A stretch of DNA of 64,000 nt from Paraspadella gotoi (lineage: Eukaryota > Animalia > Chaetognatha): positions 4,292,931-4,356,930 of the forward strand of contig CM119266.1 of assembly GCA_051294375.1 (NCBI GenBank), in the 5' to 3' direction. How positions within the stretch are numbered: position 1 is the first letter of the stretch; each line of letters begins with the position of its first letter. Below the pieces are notes generated by a model, which saw only the letters and a program-made list of their open reading frames with translations, searched no databases and was not told the DNA's origin. A program made the position numbers and the translations under genes. Shown here piece after piece: positions 1 to 13,066 of the stretch.

Positions 1-605
1 ACTTCCCTCTGCGTTGGCAAAGCAAGGCCATCCTTGGGTAACCGCGCCTGTGACTGGAGACGTCGCAGAGGGTAAAAAGCCCCAAAAGCCATCAGTGAGA
101 TTCCCCATCCCATATGGGCATCACAGGCAACCTGGGTGTTGCCGTAAGTAGTGAGCCCTACTATCGAACATGCAACCTTCTAAGGGTACGCTACGAAAAC
201 CACCTATGCCCTGTCAACTTCGGGGACGCTATAACAAACCCCTATGCCCCTGGGGTACCCTATGACAAACGCCTATGCCCCCACAACTTTGCTCTCTCTC
301 TCTCTCCCACTATGGTAACAGTCTAATCAGACACCTCTCAGGCCTGGAGAACCTGAGTGATATCTTGGCCCGGGGATCTTGTGGCGGTATATTAACACCG
401 CCTTACGTACACCATCGTTCAGCCGATACCATTGGCTAAGAGAGGGAACACACCATCCCAAGAGTTGTGTTACATTCAGTCCTAACAACTTTCCTCTGTG
501 TTGGCAAAGCGAGACCACCCGAGGGTAACCGCGCCAGTAACTGAAGGCGCCAACAGTGAGATGCCCCATCCCAATGGCCAATCAAAGGCAACCCGGCTGT
601 TGCCA
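1..605. repeat. Diverged direct repeat with a unit of about 490 bp, truncated by the window edge
   Basis: acttccctctgcgttggcaaagc...gggtaaccgcgcc...cagtgagatNccccatccc...ggcaacc...tgttgcc at 1-145 recurs at about 488-605. Confidence 0.6.
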
Positions 606-956
606 TAGCCATACCTTTTTGAAAAAGTATTCAATTTGTCAACTTTTATCAAGCTAGTAGAGTTTTGAGCCATTTTTACTGCAGAATAAGTTACACAAGT
701 ACCACAGCTATTGAAAAATGAAATTTTTTTTTCATTAATTACTAAAAATCATTATTTATTAAGGTATCTTTTAGGATTTCTTTTGATATGATCTGTTATG
801 ATCAGAAATTTATTATGACTTATAACCTGATTAGCTACTTACTGCTAAATCATCGAGCATTGTTCGCTCAAACTTATCTTTATGCTTTTGACTAGATTAA
901 ACTAGTTTTGCACAATTTATCCTCCATAGTAGCCATAGTCTGAGAGTAAATATACC

Positions 957-1078
957 TCGACATGACTGTGATCTTTCCGTCGTGACACTTGACTTGACGC
1001 TCGCGGTCTTCGTCAACGGGATCCGCGTCTTTGACGACCCAATGGACATGATCGTCGCCGGCCGGACATTTGAATCTG

Positions 1079-1113
<35 letters not shown>

Positions 1114-4100
1114 TCAAAAGCTTCGTCAACGGAGTCTTCTCTTTTTACTTTTCTTCTCCAGCGACTTTCGAAAGTTGGAAGGAAAAGTTTTTACAGAATT
1201 CGGAACCCAGGAAAATCCCCATCACTAATTCGACGGAAGACAATTGCGGACCTCGAGTGGATTTCTGGCCGTCTTCCTGTAATTGTGAGCATTATCATTA
1301 TCATCCTTAGAATCGACATCACCGTCATCATAATCATCATCTTATGTAAAGAAATATTTTTCTATATTAAAAAAGTAAAAAAGGAAAAAAGTAAGATCTG
1401 TTGAGCAATCTATATATGAAAAAAATTTTAAGGTCTTTAGTTAACAATTAGTTACTAAAATATATTTTGCCTAAGAAAATTTCTTTTCCCTACTTGGCCC
1501 CTTCATCCAGTTTTATTTATTTTAATTAAGCCTTTTAGCCTTTTAGCTATACAACATATATGGTAATGTTGATACTGAAGAGACAGTAATTATTGTTATT
1601 TGTTAGTGACAGAACTGTTAAATATAAGCAGTCCCTGAGCTTCCGATCAAGCTGTAACACCGTGTTACAGGCGGCTTAAGCGGCCAGTCCCTCTAAACTG
1701 CTAGGCGACCACTGGGTTGGGAGGCGATTGACTTGCACCCTGCACCAATGCCCACTGATGAACAGTTGGTGGATTTTAGTCCATCATAATACTCATTATT
1801 AGTTGATTGACCTCGTATAAAAACCCAGTCGTCCAGTAGAAATAGTCTTTGTTCGTTTTCGAAGCCGTCAAGGCGCCAATCATTTGTTTGCCTGTGACTT
1901 TGTCAGCGCCACCGCAGAGGGGCGCTTGTCCGCCTTGACCACTCGGCCACCACCAGCCTTTTCGACAAAAGAACAATTATGCATGAGATATTTAACTCAT
2001 AATAATATAAAAATTATCCATTCATTCAATAATTAATCTATCTTTCATCCGGACTTCGGACAGGCTACTATGAGCCTACAATACCCTACATCATAGCCTG
2101 TAATAAAAATAATAATAATAAAGGAAAATTAAGTAATATTCAAATATGTTATTTGCCACATTTTAATTTTCATTCTTAATCTTGAAAAGCTTTCAGGAAA
2201 AATTTTACATTCACTGTTTAAGAATTTCCAGTGGTTAATTTTTTGGGCGGGGTTATTACGAGCAACAATAAATAGAAATTTCATTACGCGAAAGAGAAAA
2301 AACTACCTTTAACCCTTACCACCCTAAACCATAACTACCGTTAACCCTAACTACCCCAAACCACCGCAAACCCCAGAGCACCACTTACCCCTTACCAGCC
2401 TAAAACCCTAACCACTAACTACCCCTAACCACTTATAATCCCTAACCTAAAAAAGGTAATGATATATGCGAGTAAAAAAAATAATCAATTTTTGAAAGAA
2501 TTTGCTTGAAAGAATTGCTGAACTGGGTTTACCCTATGATCGGGCCGCATGTAAGGCCTATGGTGTGGCTTGAAATGCTGTGTTTGAATAAAAAGCTTGT
2601 TTTCAAAATAGGCAAAACAAGCAGCAAGCTTATTGACTTTTTCCTCTAGAGTCTTGATTTGGGCAATCTGGGTGGGGCAAACTTGTGGAGCAGCTAATAT
2701 AAGTTTGTGGGGTAACATTCAGGTTCATTCTCTCTACATAACTTGTTTTCCTTATCCGAGTTATTTTTCTCTTTAGTATCTTTGGCAAGTTTGTTGGCCT
2801 CATTTTTGCAATAAGCTATTTCATTGTAACAATTTGGGTTTTCGGGGTTATTCTGGTCTTTTTCTTCCTGGGCATTTGTTCTGTAAGTCTGGTGGTAAGA
2901 AAAAAGTGCATCCAGTATATTGGTTATATCGGTTATTGGTCGGTCTTAGGTTGAAATAAGGTTTGTGATTTGTCGGCTTTCCTATGATTCGCGAAGACGA
3001 CGAGCAATCACATCACATTCAACCTTAGACCGACCAATGACCAACAGAGAGACTAAGGAGTCGACAGCCGAGATTGCTGGTCATTACCTTTGTCATCACC
3101 TTAATCATTGTCCGTCGTTAATAAAACTATTGTCAACCAAACATTTGCCTTCACTTGTTAATTACCCTCGTTATTTGACTAAACGTCGACGATATATATT
3201 TATATTTAGTATTCATCGTTAGTTATATCGAAACTAACCCGTATTGTTTGGCTTGCAGCCGTGACCAGGGTATAAAAAATTCATTCCAGCCTTTTGACTG
3301 TATCTGTGCAGGACGTCACCAGCGCTCAAGAAACCCGAGATAACGTGCGGGCAAAATCTGTTTCCAAGTTATTATAATTAATATATTATACTATCGTTAT
3401 ACTATCGCGGGGGAAATTAAAATTATCACTTGGCACGAAGTTGATAATTGGGATGATCGTCTGTTACGTTGAATTCATAGTAAAAACTTTGATGTTTCTT
3501 TGTCGATTCTTTCGTCTTCATCGTGATCATCATTTGTTTGGCACCAGATTTAGACACCAAAACCGTTCCGACCTGTAAATGTTCTATTTACTTGTACAAA
3601 GTAATTCTCGCGTTTTACGAAAATTATTTAAAATTCGTGATACCCAAGAATCTTTGTAAATGTTGCCAAACCCGAAAGCGTACAGCATTTCATTTTTATC
3701 TTCGAATACATTACTTTCTTGAATGTTTTTCATGACTCGGAAACTGAGGAAAGATAAATTTAAAAGCGAAAACAGTCAAGAGTTTTACGGATTGCTAAAA
3801 GCTTCGTTCATTTTCAAAATAATCACCCAATTTTAAAGTTGTCGCTAAGACAAAGGATGTCGAAAGAGTCGGTTTTGAATGGACTTTTACTTGAAAATTT
3901 AGATGGCAGAGGAACTTGGCTCACAGACTTAAAAAAAGTCGAGGATAAAATGAGTAAAATATTAACGTTGAAATTCCTATTATATCTTAAAATTGGTAAA
4001 ATGATTAAACAAGAAAGCTATTAATTAGTATTATAGTATTAATAGTATTATTGCCATCGGGTAATCGGGGGTTCAGACCTCCATCCCTATTAAAAGATAA

Positions 4101-6543
4101 AATCCTAGAAGAATCCTGCAAGCTTTCAATTAAGGCACTCTCTCTCTGTCTAGTTGTTTAACAATGGAAGGGTTTAGAATTAAGTCGGAGATTTAACACA
4201 ATATCCAATGGACTACTCAGTACTCACCACGTAACCGTTTTTCTCCAAACAGAAAAAACTATTCGTATGAAACTTGACTTCTTTGGACTCAAAGTTTTTC
4301 GGTTTCGACGTAAGAGAAAGAGTCGCTCTTTTTAAGGGGACGTATTCCCCGACCTCCTTCTCATTGGCCACGAACGTTGTGAATCTAATAAGGGTTTAGA
4401 TATTTAACAATGGTAAAATTTTATTTTTGCCGACTGGGATTTTGCAACTTTCATGAAAAAATTATAATAAAAAAAAAAATTATTATCTAATTACCCTAAC
4501 TCGAAAACCCTCTAACCCTACCTACCCATAAACTACCGTTAACCACCCTTAAACTACCCTTACCCCCTTTAACCCTAGTCGGCGAAAGTAAAATTATGCC
4601 TTAATAATAATAGCCTAACATAATTATTAAATATATTATTTTTTCAAACAAACAAACCTTTTCCAAACGAATCCATCCCATCCCGTTTTGCCATAAACTC
4701 CAGATAAGCGACCAAATTTTTTTTCATATTCTACAAAAGGGTCTTGAGAAGTTACTGTAACGATGTATGACGATAATTTTAAGTTGTTCAAATCTACATA
4801 ATTGAATCTGAATTAATTTTCCTTACTTAGATCTTGGCATTTGTCAACTCTGTACCACCAAGGAAATATTTTGTCCTTCAGCTGGCAAAACCGTGTTCCA
4901 TTCAGGCGCAGGAATGCGTCGGTGACTTAACCAGAAATTAAATTGTTTTTGTCTGCTAAACCACCCCTTAAAAATTATAATTACTGATGGACTCTAAAAC
5001 TTGCCACTGATGCAGGAGAGTATAAAGTAGCCTCTAAAGAAATTAAATGCAGTATACAACTGTCAGATTAATACAATTTGCTCTGGACAACTGTAAATAA
5101 AGGCTGACAATAGAGACCAAAGTGTATGTATTTGAATAAAATATAAGCCATTTAGTTGTGAATGATGCTATACTTCCCCCCTCCCACCTCCCCGCCTTCA
5201 CCCACCGCCATTTGTTCCTTCCCCCAATCCGAAGTCATCAACTTCTCTGATGGACCAATCATCGGGCTTCGCGGCAAAGTCGACGTCATCGAGCGTCGCG
5301 AGAGAAGACGACGCGTTTCCGACTTTAAAGGATCCGTAGTAAGAGGTGCCCGATCCTTTGGAGCTTTCGAGATATACCTGAGGCAGGCAAAGGGGTGTGA
5401 GAGAAGAAAGATAGAATATAAGATTAAAGAAAGATGAAAATATAGCAAGAAAGAAAAGAAAAAAAGAGAGAAAGGTGAAGAGACAGTAATAATTGTTATG
5501 TGTTAGTGACAGAACCGTTCAATATAAGCAGTCCCTGAGCTTCGGATCAGGCTGTAACACCGTGTTACAGGTGGGTTAAGCGCCCCGTCGCTCTTAACTG
5601 ATAGGCGACCACCGGGCTAGAACCCCGGACCATTGGGTTGGGTGGCGAATGACTTGCCTCCGGCTCCAATGGCCGCTGATGAACGGTTGGTGGATTTTAG
5701 TCCACTATACAGTATACATTCCCCCCTCCCATAGGGAGAAGTCTGTTGCGTCTCTTCAGTGAATTGTTGTTGTTGGTAGAAAGTTCGTCACCAAGTTGAG
5801 GCATGTTGCCTGATGTGTTGTGGGCGGAAAGTGCATCGCCAGGTTGAGACATGTTGCCTGAAAGTGTTGTTGTTGCTGTTGTGTTCGGAAGTCGGGCTCA
5901 CCAATGAAGAGACAGTAATAATTGTTATGTGTTAGTGACAGAACCGTTCAATATAAGCAGTCCCTGAGCTTTGGATCAGGCTGTAAAACCGTGTTACAGG
6001 TGGGTGAAGCGCCTTGTCGCTCTTAACTGCTAGGCGACCACCGGGCTAGAACCCCGGACCTTTGGGTTGGGTGGCGAATGACTTGCCTCCGGCACCAATG
6101 GCCGCTGATGAACGGTTGGTGGATTTTAGTCCACCATAAATGGAATATAAGAGAGTCGTGCGGTAGTTGGAGAATTGAGTTCTAAAAGATGGATTTTTTG
6201 ATACTCAATTAACGACTTACTTTGAAGACTTTTCCCCAAATCTCGAACTACCGCACGACTCTCTTTTAGGGATTCTTCAAAAGGAAGAACTTGGACATAA
6301 TTTGACACAATTACTATTATACAATCAGAGTAGCGAACATAATTAACCATAGGATTACAGTTATTTAGAAGGCAAGCAAATGGTTCAATCTTTCGGTGAA
6401 CGTCTGTGTGACAAGTTGACAAGTACAACCATGGATTATTAAAGGGAGATAGACGAAAGACTCACGCTTAAAGCGGAAGGAGCGGCGTTTGTTACGGCAG
6501 CGAGGTACGGAAGTGATATAAGCATTTGTTGGTCGCGTTGGAC

Positions 6544-6616
<73 letters not shown>

Positions 6617-9600
6617 AAAAATGATCCCCCACTTCCAAACTTCAATATTTAAAACGAACCAAAGTTGTTGTATTTGAACTTAATCGACGACGCGTTCCGC
6701 AAGTTGAGATCGCCCGATGATTTATGCAGGACGACCAACTTCTTGTCTCGACAGTAGACTTCGAGGAAGAGACCGGACGGAAGGGCGAACGGGTAGAAAC
6801 CGGGCAAGACGTTTTGACAATCGGACGCCCGACGCAAAGTCGTTAGACAGTCGATGCCTGATGACGGAGTCTCCTGCATCGTGAGAATCGCTGAAGGGAA
6901 AAGGGGGTTGAGAAGAATGAAGAAATGGGATAGCGGGAAAGAGGGAGGAATGAGGAAATTGGGATAGAGGGAAAGAGGGAGGAATGAAGAAAATGGGATA
7001 AGGGAAAAGAGGGAGGAATGAGGAAATGGGATAGCGGGAAAGAGGGAGGAATGAGGAAATGGGATAGAGGGAAAGAGGGAGGAATGAAGAAATGGGATAA
7101 CGGGAAAGAGGGAGGAATGAGGAAATGGGATAGAGGAAAAGAGGGAAGAATGAGAAATGGGATGCGGGAAAGAGGGAGGAATGAGAAAAATGGGATAGAG
7201 GAAAAGAGGGAAGAATGAAGAAATGGGATAGCGGGAAAGAGGGAGGAATGAGAAAATGGGATAGAGGAAAAGAGGGAAGAATGAAGAAATGGGATAGGAG
7301 GAATGAGGAATGGGATAGAGGGAAAAAGGAGGAATGAGGAAATGGTATAGGGAAGAGAGGGAGGAATGAGGAAATGAGATAGAGGGAAAGAGGGAGGAAT
7401 GTGGAAATGGGATAAAGGGAAAGAGGGAGGAATGAGGAAATGGATAGAGGGAAAGAAGGAGGAATGAGGAAATGGGAATAGAGGGAAAGAGGGAGGAATG
7501 AAGAAATGGGATAAAGGGAAAGAAGGAGGAATGAGGAAATGGGATAGCGGGAAGAGGGAGGAATGAGGAAATGGGATAGAGGGAAAGAAGGAGGAATGAG
7601 GAAATGGGATAGCGGGAAAGAGGGAGGAATGAGGAAATGGAATAGAGGGAAAGAGGAGGATGAGGAAATGGGATAGCGGGAAAGAGGGAGGAATGAAGAA
7701 ATGGGATAACGGGAAAGAGGGAGGAATGAGGAAATGGGATAGCGGGAAAAGAGGGAGGAATGAGGAAATGGGATAGCGGGAAAGAGGGAGGAATGAGAAA
7801 TGGATAACGGGAAAGAGGGAGGAATGAGGAAATGGGATAGAGGAAAAGAGGGAGGAATGAAGAAATGGGATAGCGGGAAAGAGGAGGAATGAGAAAATGG
7901 GATAGAGGAAAGAGGGAAGAATGAAGAAATGGGATAGCGGGAAAGAGGGAGGAATGAGAAAATGGGATAGAGGAAAAGAGGGAGAAATGAAGAAATGGGA
8001 TAGGAGAATGAGGAAATGGGATAGAGGGAAAGAAGGAGGAATGAGGAAATGATATGAGGAAAAGGGGAGGAATGAGGAAATGGGATAGAGGAAAGAGGGA
8101 GAATGTGGAAATGGGATAAAGGGAAAGAGGGAGGAATGAGGAAATGGGATAGAGGGAAAGAAGGAGGAAATGAGGAAATGGGATAGAGGGAAAAGAGAGG
8201 AGGAATGAAGAAATGGGATAGGGAAAGAAGGAGGAATGAGGAAATGGGATAGCGGGAAAGAGGGAGGAATGAGGAAATGGGATAGAGGGAAAGAAGGAGG
8301 AATGAGGAAATGGGATAGGCGGAAGAGGGAAGGAATGAGGAAATGGGATAGAGGAAAAGAGGGAGGAATGATGAAATGGGATAGAGGGAAAGAGGGAGGA
8401 ATGAGGAAAATGGGATACAGGGAAAGAGGGAGGAATGTGGAAATGGGATAGAGGGAAAGAAGGAGGAATGAGGAAATGAGATAGAGGAAAAGAGGGAGGA
8501 ATGGGGAAATGGAAGAGATGGAAAGAGGGAGGAATGAGGAAATGGGATAGAGGGAAAGAAGGAGGAATGAGAAAAATATTAAAGGGAAAAATTGAAGGAG
8601 GGAGAGATGGAAGGAAGGAAAGTCGGGAAAGTAAAAAGTAAATAAAAAATAAAAATAAAATAAAACAACAAATAAAATAAAATTTTTTGCCTGTGGATAA
8701 GGCGCTAAGTGGGCAGAAGATGACTATCCGTAACTTCTATAACCCCCTCTAGCAGACTTGGAACGGGTCCTGGGCTTGGAACAAGGCTTGAGGGTTTGCC
8801 ACGCCCGCAAAGCGGCTTACGGCCGTCCTCACTCTTCCCGCAGGGTAGGTACCGGGTTGGGATTGAACCCGGTACCTAGTGGTCATGAGCTGATGGCTTT
8901 ACTCAATGAGCCACCGGGTCACAACTGAAAGAGTCATCCTTATAGGCGGGGTGAACCTAGGCAATGCCCGACTACATGCCTCTAAATGAGAATAGAGGAG
9001 TAACCTGTTTTTCCCCTTTCTCAGTCTGTTTACTAATTTCAATAATAAAAATGATAATTAAAAAAAAGACACAAACTGAAAACAACAATATAAAAAACAA
9101 TTTAAATAAATAACGTCAAAAAATAACAAGAAAACTGATTAAAACCTTGTTGAAGAAAGCTCTCTCTCCAAATGAACGTAACTCCTCTCTTTCCCAGCAG
9201 AAATCCGGGTTTACCGCGATGACAATCTAAGATTAAAAAAAAAAAAATTGCAACCAAAAGTTCCAAGTTCGCGTCTCGCTTTCTCTTTTTTTTAATTCAA
9301 AGGCCACGCCCACCCGGTTCTTCCGTTTTGTCGCTGAACCACCAACCGACGTCGAGCATTTTATTGGCCAATAAACTCGGGTACGACGACTCGGGACACG
9401 CCGTCGCGTTGGCTCGAGGCTCAGTCAAAAATTTGCGATTGACTTTGTCCATCAGGGCGTCGGCTGAATGTCGACCATTGTCGATGAAGAGCGCGGTAAA
9501 AGTTTCAAACGCAATAAATATGAGATTAAAAATTAAATTATGAATTAAGTGTATTGAGCATTGTGAATACAGACAAAAAAATATGTATCCGCTTTAAACG

Positions 9601-12600
9601 GACCTAATCTTTAACGAACTTACTAATCGCTGAAACGGGCGATTATGTATTTGGGTCTCTTTTCCGAGAGTGCCCGATTTCTGGCTCTCTTTTCCGATAT
9701 TGCCTCATTTCTAGCTCTCTTTTCCCAGAATACCCCCCTTGTTAAAGAATTTATAATAATTTTTATCTGAATTGAGCCCTGACCTTTTATTTTTTAATGG
9801 CTCAAATATCTAAATTTAAAGTTTAATTGAATGACTCCAATAATTGTGTTTAAAGCCTCTAATTGGTTAAATTTTATACATTGAATTTGAATATCTGGTC
9901 TCTCATTGGTTATTAATAACTAGTAGATGTTTTGATTTGTATTCTTAAAATGTAAACTCTCCTTTCATTGGTTGTTATAATGTTGTCCTAGTATATAAAA
10001 AAAGAGTAAATTCTTAATTTTGGGAGATTAATTTTAATTAATTAATTAAGATTAATTTTGGTATTAAATGATATTTGTGAAATTATTTGAATATCTTAAT
10101 TAATTTTAAGCTTTTATGTAGCTTTGAGCTGTTGCTGCGTCTCGGCTCTACTGTTACTATTGCTGCGTCTCGGCTCTTCTGCTACTGTTACTGCATCTTA
10201 GCTCTACTGCTGCTGCTGCATCTTGGCTTTGTTACTTATCTGTTATGCTGATGCACGTTTCTCAATGATTATTGGATATTGAATACTTAATAAAATTATT
10301 ATTCTATTTTTATCTTTTGATATATGGATTTTAGTTAATATTAAGTTGAGATTAAGCACTGCTCAAACAATGTTCTCATCTGAAACTGAGAAACCCCCCC
10401 AAGGAATCTTCTTCACCCTTTTTTGTTCATTTTTCTCAAAATTTAATTTTAACTTTAATATTTATCTTAAATATATTTTTAAACTTATAAAATAATTCCT
10501 AACTAAACCTGAACCCTAATCCTTAATTTCAAACTCTAAGCTTAAGCGCTAGTCCCTAACCTAAAGCCTTAACCAAGTCTCTAACCTAAATCCTTAACCA
10601 AGTCCCTAACCTAAATCCTTAACCAAGTCTCTAACCTTATCCACTCACCTAATCACTAACCTAATGTTTAATCCTAACCTTTAATTTAATCTTTAATTGA
10701 AAATATCAAAATATTTACTTAATTTCGAATTTAAAATAAAATTGGGCATTCTGGGCAAATAAGACCATGTATTTTACCTCCGAATGTGTGTTTCCCTGTG
10801 ATCTCAGACCAGAAGAGTCGTTCAAAATAGCCCGTGCGATGGTGATAACAGTTTAATTCTGATCAAGTACAATTGGAAAATGGAAATGTAGTAAGGTATG
10901 GTGCACTAAAATCTCTTTTAAACACCCTGACCAAAGGGTAGCTTTTTACTTACTCAAGATATTGTTGTCAAAACTAACGCCTTTGTAGCCAAGCGTTTTG
11001 GAATCTCCGACTGAATCTTCAACAAAAATATTTGCAACCTGATAGTTCCGCAGAAGCTAATATAAACAATACAAGCGATATAACATAAGCTAGCCCCATC
11101 TTTAAGAGCGATGAGTTCATTAATACCTTCATATTGTTAAGGCCATAAAAAAAATTTGGAAGCGTCAATTCTCCAATGCCTCTTTCCAAATTTTCTTTTC
11201 TCAAATTACTCATATCGTCTATGAGATCTGAACATTTATCTGGATCGCAACTGCCGAGAAGAAATGGACCCCAATTTTTCAGAGTAAAAATTAGATTCCC
11301 AGTTTGTGTTTTTTAGTCTGGTTTTTTTTAACTAACTTTCGCCTTTTAATCAAAACAGCATTTGGATAATCTTCGCGCGTCAGCTTGCAAAGAATTTCCG
11401 TTTTTCTTCCACTAAAATCAATTTTTAAAAAATGTATTTTTTTGAAATTTATAAAATGGGTGATTAAAATTTAAATTCCTTACAAAGTTGTTATTCCCAG
11501 AAACTCATGAGGCGTCCAGTGATTGTATGATGTTTTAGTTGCTGATTTCATAAGTTCATTTTAGTACAAATTGAAAAGACAGTAATTATTGTTATGTGTT
11601 AGTGACAAAACCGTTCAATGTAAGCAGTCCCTGAGCTTCGGATCAGGGTGTAAAACCGTGTTACTGGCGGGTTAAGCGCCCCATCCCTCTTAACTGCTAG
11701 GCGACCACCGGGCTAAAACCCCGGAAGGTTGGGTTGGGAGGCGAATGACTTGCCTCCGGCACCAATGGCCGCTGATGAACGGTTGGTGGATTTTAGTCCA
11801 CCATAACATTTTCATTTGTGACAAAATATTCAGTATGTATTCATTTACGTTTTTTATGAAGACTATCGAAACCTATTGCCGGACACCCAGGTCGATAAGA
11901 AATGTAATCACTGCAAGAAAATGTAACATGATTAAAGTAAAAAATTATATAGTAACTTCTCCGCTAATAATGAATTATTACTTGGAATCGCGACAAGCGG
12001 CGTTCGAGAGGTACCAAGCCATGTAGCTTATTTTTGGTCGGTACTATTCAGTAAAAAAAATTAAAAATTCAAGATAATTTAAAATATTAAAATGTTTGTG
12101 ATGTATGAAAATTTGAAGAAGAGGATTTCGAAAAGGATTTAAACTTGGTTCGGTTATTATTAATTATTAACTATATTAATAAGCTTTTGAGAAAAAGAAC
12201 AAAATAAGACAGCTTTTCTAATTATGTCATTAATCAATTTATTAATAACTTATTTCATAAGTGAGGATAGGATATTAAGCGTAACTACTAACTAGCAATA
12301 CTCACATTTTCGGCTCCTTTAAAAGAGTGAATTTTGATTCCACCATAATTCACGATATTGTTTACCATTCTCCACTTCAAAGAATTGCCGAAGGGAGATC
12401 CGTAAGTTTCTCGAGATCTATCATTCGACCAGTTATAAAAAAGTTACATCTAACAAAAAGTTACAATAAAAAAAAAGAGTGCTTGATGACAGAAAAAAAT
12501 CGAGTTGTTTCAACTACAAGCGCAAGCAAGCTGCTTGATGCCTGAAACAATTCAATGTCGATTAAAGTCACTGTTAATATTATTATAAATAAGATATTAT

Positions 12601-13022
12601 GGCAACGGGAGGATATCCTGTGATACCCGGGGCGCGGGGTATCTCACCATCTGGCGTAGTGGCTGCGGACCCTCAGTGACCGCCTCCTGTCACTGGCATG
12701 TTTATACCGGCACCGTCATATTTAAGCCAGAACCGGGATACCCAGGGATTGAACCCGGGACGGATGGAATGAGATGATTTAGCCTGCTCAGCCATTGAGA
12801 CGAGGCTGAGGACGGACAGCAGTGAGGCAGCTTTAAGTCTTGCTGCCACAATATAAATTTTTGTAATAAAAAGTAAATTCTTGGTTTCATTATTCATGAC
12901 CGGCAAGCGTTGAATCCCCATTCCATTCCAGTCACGTTCGATCCGCAGGCCACGAATTTCAGGTCCTCCTCGGGGATCAAGGCCAAACCGTCTCGGACCA
13001 TAGGACCCACGATTTTCCCCTC

Positions 13023-13066
<44 letters not shown>

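Noticed and set aside
50-100. Possible eroded hammerhead in the 490-bp repeat
   Set aside because: Both core boxes need several substitutions, and the second copy lacks the stem.
5152-5448. ORF-track proteins 5152-5448 (-) and 5162-5437 (+)
   Set aside because: Wrong frames; the supported exon (about 5205-5375, minus) is in another frame encoding FReD motifs.
5676-5708. CTGATGA in the TRIM LTR, suggesting a hammerhead or retrozyme
   Set aside because: No stem II plus GAAA box follows, and the PBS, PPT and TSD structure fits a TRIM.
7018-8451. ORFs with MRKWDRGKEGG repeats
   Set aside because: These are translations of a 33-bp minisatellite with frequent frameshifts.
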